A stretch of DNA of 64,000 bases. It comes from Porphyridium purpureum. Lineage: Eukaryota. A program made the translations under genes and the position numbers. Below, piece by piece: positions 58,419 to 64,000 of the stretch. Positions within the stretch are counted from its first letter, which is position 1, and every line of letters starts with the position of its first letter. Below the pieces are notes generated by a model. It had not been told where the DNA came from and did not search any database. It saw only the letters and a list, made by a program, of their open reading frames with translations. The stretch covers positions 3,162,001 through 3,226,000 of the forward strand of contig VRMN01000001.1 in assembly GCA_008690995.1 (NCBI GenBank), read 5' to 3'.

Positions 58419-59090
58419 ATGGCGCAAGTTGTTACGCTAAAGTATCTCGATCTACCAGCTGCGTTGGGAAAGCCCGTGGCAGGACGCGGCGGTTCCGTGC
58501 GCTTCTTTCTCAAGTATCACGATGTGGAGTACAGCGAGCAGCTCGTGAGTCTCCAGGACTGGAACGGAAGCATCAAAGCCGAGGCCATCAAGACGAACGA
58601 GAGCCCCGCCGGGTATTTGCCCGTGTTGACTACGGCATCCGGACTGCAATTGACTGAGCACGTAGCGCTAATGCGTTATATTGCCGCTGCTAATCATCTC
58701 GAGAGCCAAGAGGGGGCGGAGGGGGCCGCTAAGCAGGACGTTCTTGCGTCCACGCAGATTCAGTGGCGCGACGATCTGATTGCTGCGGCCTTCAGTAGCA
58801 ATGCTGAAGACAAGACCAAGTACACGAACGAGAAGGCGGGTAAGCACTTGACGACGCTTGAGGCTCTGTATACCAAATACAAGGACACCGATGACGAATC
58901 ACCGTTTGTTTCGCCGACGGAGTCTGGCAAGGCGCTGTGGGGAGACATGGCAGTGTTCGGCGTGCTGCATGACCAAGTGCAGCTGGGTCTTGTCGATCCG
59001 ATCGTGTACGCCGAATACCCAAGGCTCAAGGCAGTGTACGACGCACTTAATGGGGATAGTGCAATTGCGTCCTGGATTGCAAATCATTGA
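58419..59090 (+). CDS. Glutathione S-transferase (Tyr-type, sigma-like)
   Basis: TLKYLD...GRGGSVRFFL...SPAGYLPVL...LTEHVALMRYIA, WGDMAVF (N-capping box) and YPRLKAVY. Confidence 0.88.
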   Translation: MAQVVTLKYLDLPAALGKPVAGRGGSVRFFLKYHDVEYSEQLVSLQDWNGSIKAEAIKTNESPAGYLPVLTTASGLQLTEHVALMRYIAAANHLESQEGAEGAAKQDVLASTQIQWRDDLIAAAFSSNAEDKTKYTNEKAGKHLTTLEALYTKYKDTDDESPFVSPTESGKALWGDMAVFGVLHDQVQLGLVDPIVYAEYPRLKAVYDALNGDSAIASWIANH

Positions 59091-59448
59091 TCACCAGCTG
59101 GGTGAGGCCCTTGCTGCACGCCGGCGAAGCAGGGCTCAAGGGCGTATCATCGTTAGTCCACAGTCTTTGCTGCGATGAGTCGTTGTTGATCACCATCCAC
59201 AGTAAAGGGTGTTTCCTTTTCTTTCTCCTTAGTTTCTCGCGTGAAAGCAGCCGTCGGTTGTCATGTTCTGCGCCTTCGCGACAACACGATTTCTGGCCAT
59301 TGACCTTCAAGGAGTTCGAACGAGTTGCGTCGGCCAGAGAGACCGATGGCCGTCTCGATACGAATAGAATAAATTCTGTCTAGGAAGTCACTAACGACGT
59401 GCCGACAATCTATTTGCATGTGAAGTAGAGTGTAGAACCTCGCTTCGA

Positions 59449-62400
59449 CTATAAATAGGCTCGAAAGGCAGCCAGCAACGCCTCTCGTTGAGCAGAGCTC
59501 GACACGTGTCGCTCTAAGACCGTGCATGCCACAGATACAAGATGGTGCGCTTTCGCGCCCAAAGTTCCACTAGCTAAATCGGTTCGATGCGCTGACACAG
59601 TGAGCATGTGGCGCAGCAAGGAATCGACCACTGAAAGAATGTACAGCATTGTTGCGTCTGAATCGGTCCATGCATGAATGCCATCCACGGAGGAAATGTG
59701 CTCAGGACTTACCACCAAGTTCGTGTACACTTCAATCAGGAGCACCGGGTCGACGTGAAGCGCATCAAGGCAGCGCCATATCCAGCCAAGCTCAGCGCTC
59801 GTCCAGCTCCTGCTGCCGCGCTGAATCATAACAAAACTGAGCCGTTCAAGCACGTCAAGTAGGTAAGGAACCGGGAATGCGGAGCTCGCCACGCCGATCG
59901 TGCGACCAAGGGCCAACACGCGCTCACGAATGACTGCTGGTGCTGAGGGTTCTGCCGCCGCAAATTCGCGCGCCAGAATGTGGTCCCAGATCGACCGGAT
60001 GCGAGGCGCATCACGAGCACCAGCGCACGCAAATATCTCGAGCTGCGCCTCCCACATGTCAAACGGCACTGCATATTCATTGTACAGGACAGACAAGTCC
60101 AGCAACTTGCTAGAAAGCGCCGTGGTCGCCCTCTCAGCCGCAGCAAGCACTTGCCGATGGTCGTCATTCGTCCTGGTCTCGTCTACAAGCTGCTTCAGCT
60201 CACTAACCTTGCGCTTCAGATCCGCCAGCACGCGAAGCTGAACACGCGCGACATCAAGCTTTTCGGAAATTTCACGCACCAGTACATTGGCGGTGGCAAC
60301 AGCGGTGACATCGCCGCCGCTTCCGCTGCTGCCGCTCGAAATTTCAGCACGCGCATTGTGCAGAGCGTTCGCCAAGCAGCTGACACGCTCATCTAGACTC
60401 GCGTCGCTGCTTGTATCCGTCGCGATGCCTAACAGAATGTCTGCGGCCTCCTGGAAACGAGCGTGCCACACAAAGTAGCGCCAAAGCAAGTCGGGCCGGT
60501 TGCGGTACAAAAAGAGTTCCACCTTGGATGACGGAGCGCGCAACAATTGGTCGGTGCCGACCGAGCCCAGCGAGAGTAAGAAGCGGTAAAAGTGCTCCAG
60601 CAATACTTCGGATCCGTTTTCCAAAACTGCATCCATGGCGATCGCAGCCCGATCCTCGTTTGAGCTATCTAATTGCTCCCTCGTTGGATAATCGTTTCGT
60701 CGAGGCGCGTACGCATCTTCAATGTGATGAAAATCTGAGGCTGCATCGATACTACCAATAGGCAAAAAGCAATACCGAAGCAGCTCAAAGATACATTCCC
60801 GAATTCGTTCTGTGACCGCGTCCGTATCGTCGTCGTCCAAACCAGGTACATGGACGCCTTTGTCCATAACCTGAGCCTCCGCATTCAGCGCGAGCTCGAT
60901 AGCATCACGCACGGCTCCGCACGCCATGATCTCATGACAAACGAGCTGCAGCTCAGAAATCCGGGCTGCAACAGGTCGCAGACTGCGTGCCGCACCGCGG
61001 GCTAGCTGCAGAGCGCGATCGTGCTCAAACCCCTCATGTGTATGGTACGATTTCGACGACAGCGTGCGCGCGGCGTAGGCTTGTCGCACGAGTGCGAGGC
61101 CCTGCTGTAGCGCAGCATCGGCCTTGTCGAAGAAAAAGGGGCACTTCTGCAGCAACGCCGACGAAATCGTCTCCGGACTCGATGTGTCAGTGCTATATGT
61201 GGCAAAGAGTGCCTCAATCAGCAAAGATGACACCCAGCGAGCCACAGCCATGCCAGGCTTTGTTGACTGCCCTGGGGATGCTTCATGGCTCCAGCTCAGG
61301 GTGCCGATATTCACATGCATGCTCCCGCTGCCATATGATGAAAATGACTGAGGCTGTTGTTGCAGTGCAAGCAGGTGAAAAAATTGAACGTCCTCCAGAT
61401 CCCTGTCATGAGGAATCGTAAGCCGCGCGGACGATGCGCCCGAGGGCACTTGAAACTCCTGCAGCGTTGCAAGAAGCCACAGAGCCTGTAGTGCACGGTT
61501 TACGATTAGGCGCACCGCTGCAATGCGCGCCACTTCATCTTGCCATAACGCTTGAGGCGGCGGCGATGACGATGGTCGGTGCTGCTGCCGAGGAGGAGCT
61601 GAAGATCCAAATCCATTGGCACCTGGAACGCTGGAAGCACTGCCAATATTGCCACGATAAGAAAAACCCCCTTGCCCATCGAGCCCTGCACTGGGATGCT
61701 GTTTCGTCGTTTCAGACACGACCACGTGAGATATGCCAGGCAATCTTGTCAGCACATTGTCGACAACTTCCAGGATATCAATGAGACGCATCAGATGGCT
61801 CAACTCTAAATTAAACAGCAGCAAGCTTTCGTCTTGATCTGGAGGCGACTCCGCATACAACTGTGGCTGCATGCCATTCTCTGCCGCATGCCGAACAAGA
61901 CCAAAGTCCTTTGCCGCCTTGACTAATAACTTTTCGTGCCAAATCGGCGCCAGTATATCAGCCACATATTCAAGGATACCCGCACTGAGCGAGAGCTCTG
62001 GTGTCAATGTTGCCCCATTCCCAGCTACTGCGCCACCGACAGGCCGCGTCCCCGTCGACGTAAGCATCGCCGCGTTTACAACGGCAACACCGCCACGCAC
62101 AAAAAATGTGTCGACAAAAGGGTACAGCACGGTGGAAATCGAGTTCATATCATTGTGCAATGCGCAAGCCACGTGAATGTCGACCGCCAGCTCCATGCAC
62201 GCACGCACTGTATCGACGACGCCATACTCGCCCAGGAGCTCGCAGAGCCGACTTTGCATCAATTTTTGCGCATTCTTGCCGCCATCCACGGCGCCACTGC
62301 GTACAATGGCCGCGCGGATTCTATCCACGAGCCGAATGCGGCTGAAAATCAAAACCGAGGAATTGGTCAGTACTCCAAAGTCGTACGCGCCGGTACGTCC

Positions 62401-63939
62401 AACGGTTGACCACAGTTGTGAATCCACGGTACCAGATCCATGCGGGCCAACATGACTATTTCTACTGTCGCTTCCATGCAGCGATTCAGCGGCCCAAACC
62501 TTCAAGCCGGCAGTTCCGTCTTCAAGGGCTGCCATTTCCCGATCAACCACGAGCTCGGTGAGCTGCATGCTGCCAGCATACCCCGAAAAAGGTGCGTGTG
62601 CAAGCCCGCTGAATCCAAACAACGCATTTGGCATACTTGAAGGACGCTTCTCGCATAGCATGGCAACGAGCAAATCAGAGCCGCGTGGCGATACACCGCC
62701 ACCGCCGTTGCCGCTACTGCTGCTGCTACAGACAAGAAGCGCGGCACTGTGTGACCAAACGGCAAAGCGAACAGAACCCGCGGTCGCCGAAACTGCATGG
62801 GGTGGGTGACGCCATCCGAAAATGCGCATCGACGGGCGGTTGCGAGAAAGCGAGACATAGAAACGCTCACCGAGTGACGAGATCACCACAAGGCTGATAC
62901 TGGATGATACCTGCTGTGACACGCCAAATATCGCAATAAATGCACGTGGCATGGCCGGGGCGAGCCGCCTGACTTCGTCATGCACCCGAATCACCGCAAT
63001 TTGGCTGAAGGGAGGCTGCGCGTTTGTATCGTCGCCAGTCCCTTGTGCCGCTCGAGACGATGCGGCTGATGAAGCGGCTGTGAAGAGATGTTGAGGTGTT
63101 GTTGTGTGTGTCACCAGTGTGTAAGCACGCACTACGCCCATTTCTGACAGTGAATAGAGCACGCCGCGATGGTCATCGACCGTAAGGTCAACGATGGAGT
63201 CACGCTCCCATACGTACGAACGCAATGACATGGGTACAAAGCTGGACGAGTAGCTCAGCGAACGGTTAACAAGCTGGTGTGGCGCCGGTCCAAATTGCTG
63301 CCTCATTGCCGCAACGATTCCGCTTTTCACCCGCCCTACGCCTCGCGCGGCAGCATCGCTTGGCCCGCCGCGGGTCCGTGGGTACACTAGCTCGTACACA
63401 CATCCATCGCGCCCGGCAAAGAAGAGGCGACCTCCTGCGGTGTGAAGGATCTTGAGCATGGCGACTGCACCGGTTTGTACAACCAACGCGCTCCTACGAA
63501 TTGCTAGCTCACCAGACTCTGGGTCTTCAGTTACAATAAGCACCGAAATATCGAGCAGCGTGGCCACGACTAGGGCCACGGCGCTGCGCTTGGAGGCACC
63601 GGCACCGTCAACGTAGACATAAAGGGGGCTGGATGCTTTCAGTTGGAAGGAATATACACTGACGATGGTGGACGAAAAAGCTGGGCAAGCCGTGAAGTCA
63701 GTGTCACTGCCAAGATAATTCCATAGGTACAGGCGTTCGTCCACAGCAAACCACGCGCGGTGCAGCAGCGCACAAAAGCCTAGGAAACACTTTCGCTGGA
63801 CACTGCCGTACTGTTCCACCAATGCCTGCGGCATGTCCACGCGACGCACAAGCTCCAGTTCCGCGTCCCAGCCGTCCGATCTCGCACCAGCACCCTGCGC
63901 AAGCTCGGCGTCGTGCCTGAGCTCACGCGACTCGTGCAT
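59449..63939 (-). CDS. NUP155: Nucleoporin NUP155/Nup170
   Basis: RAWFAVDERLYLWNY, GRLFFAGRDGCVYELVY, IVDLTVDDHRGVLYSLS, DLLWRYF, SLDERVSCLANA and LSVLYNEYAVPFDMWE. Confidence 0.92.
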   Translation of the reverse strand: MHESRELRHDAELAQGAGARSDGWDAELELVRRVDMPQALVEQYGSVQRKCFLGFCALLHRAWFAVDERLYLWNYLGSDTDFTACPAFSSTIVSVYSFQLKASSPLYVYVDGAGASKRSAVALVVATLLDISVLIVTEDPESGELAIRRSALVVQTGAVAMLKILHTAGGRLFFAGRDGCVYELVYPRTRGGPSDAAARGVGRVKSGIVAAMRQQFGPAPHQLVNRSLSYSSSFVPMSLRSYVWERDSIVDLTVDDHRGVLYSLSEMGVVRAYTLVTHTTTPQHLFTAASSAASSRAAQGTGDDTNAQPPFSQIAVIRVHDEVRRLAPAMPRAFIAIFGVSQQVSSSISLVVISSLGERFYVSLSRNRPSMRIFGWRHPPHAVSATAGSVRFAVWSHSAALLVCSSSSSGNGGGGVSPRGSDLLVAMLCEKRPSSMPNALFGFSGLAHAPFSGYAGSMQLTELVVDREMAALEDGTAGLKVWAAESLHGSDSRNSHVGPHGSGTVDSQLWSTVGRTGAYDFGVLTNSSVLIFSRIRLVDRIRAAIVRSGAVDGGKNAQKLMQSRLCELLGEYGVVDTVRACMELAVDIHVACALHNDMNSISTVLYPFVDTFFVRGGVAVVNAAMLTSTGTRPVGGAVAGNGATLTPELSLSAGILEYVADILAPIWHEKLLVKAAKDFGLVRHAAENGMQPQLYAESPPDQDESLLLFNLELSHLMRLIDILEVVDNVLTRLPGISHVVVSETTKQHPSAGLDGQGGFSYRGNIGSASSVPGANGFGSSAPPRQQHRPSSSPPPQALWQDEVARIAAVRLIVNRALQALWLLATLQEFQVPSGASSARLTIPHDRDLEDVQFFHLLALQQQPQSFSSYGSGSMHVNIGTLSWSHEASPGQSTKPGMAVARWVSSLLIEALFATYSTDTSSPETISSALLQKCPFFFDKADAALQQGLALVRQAYAARTLSSKSYHTHEGFEHDRALQLARGAARSLRPVAARISELQLVCHEIMACGAVRDAIELALNAEAQVMDKGVHVPGLDDDDTDAVTERIRECIFELLRYCFLPIGSIDAASDFHHIEDAYAPRRNDYPTREQLDSSNEDRAAIAMDAVLENGSEVLLEHFYRFLLSLGSVGTDQLLRAPSSKVELFLYRNRPDLLWRYFVWHARFQEAADILLGIATDTSSDASLDERVSCLANALHNARAEISSGSSGSGGDVTAVATANVLVREISEKLDVARVQLRVLADLKRKVSELKQLVDETRTNDDHRQVLAAAERATTALSSKLLDLSVLYNEYAVPFDMWEAQLEIFACAGARDAPRIRSIWDHILAREFAAAEPSAPAVIRERVLALGRTIGVASSAFPVPYLLDVLERLSFVMIQRGSRSWTSAELGWIWRCLDALHVDPVLLIEVYTNLVVSPEHISSVDGIHAWTDSDATMLYILSVVDSLLRHMLTVSAHRTDLASGTLGAKAHHLVSVACTVLERHVSSSAQREALLAAFRAYL

Positions 63940-64000
63940 GAGCTCCCAGCCGGCCAGCGGCGTGCTGCCCGGCGCGTCCCCCGCGCGACGCCAGCAAAGC

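Overview
This is a gene-dense, moderately GC-rich eukaryotic window with about 20 protein-coding genes, none of which needs an intron to be read, and very short intergenic gaps. Several genes have MAF/MAAF-type plastid transit peptides. Together with the intron-poor, compact layout, this suggests a unicellular red alga (Porphyridium-like; this is an inference). Recognisable housekeeping genes are an Sfp-type PPTase, ADA2, GCN1, TBCE, plastid PPase, an M13 peptidase, PIEZO, VPS35 and NUP155. The most unusual items are: (1) a TBC1D7-like protein (TSC/TOR pathway subunit) fused to two bacterial-type peptidoglycan-binding domains, split by a 1-nt frameshift in a T9 run; (2) a nitrate reductase with intact Moco, dimerisation and cytochrome b5 domains but no FAD/NAD(P)H domain; (3) a bacterial-type, probably plastid-targeted PPK2 with altered Walker motifs; (4) a head-to-head O-fucosyltransferase-like and sulfotransferase pair about 100 bp apart; (5) a divergent PNPOx-FNR oxidoreductase and GST pair, each with a TATA box and a shared 10-mer; (6) a receptor-like membrane metalloprotease with an S/T-P heptad tail. 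I saw no RNA genes, CRISPR arrays or mobile elements. All family calls come from motif recognition by eye, not database searches.
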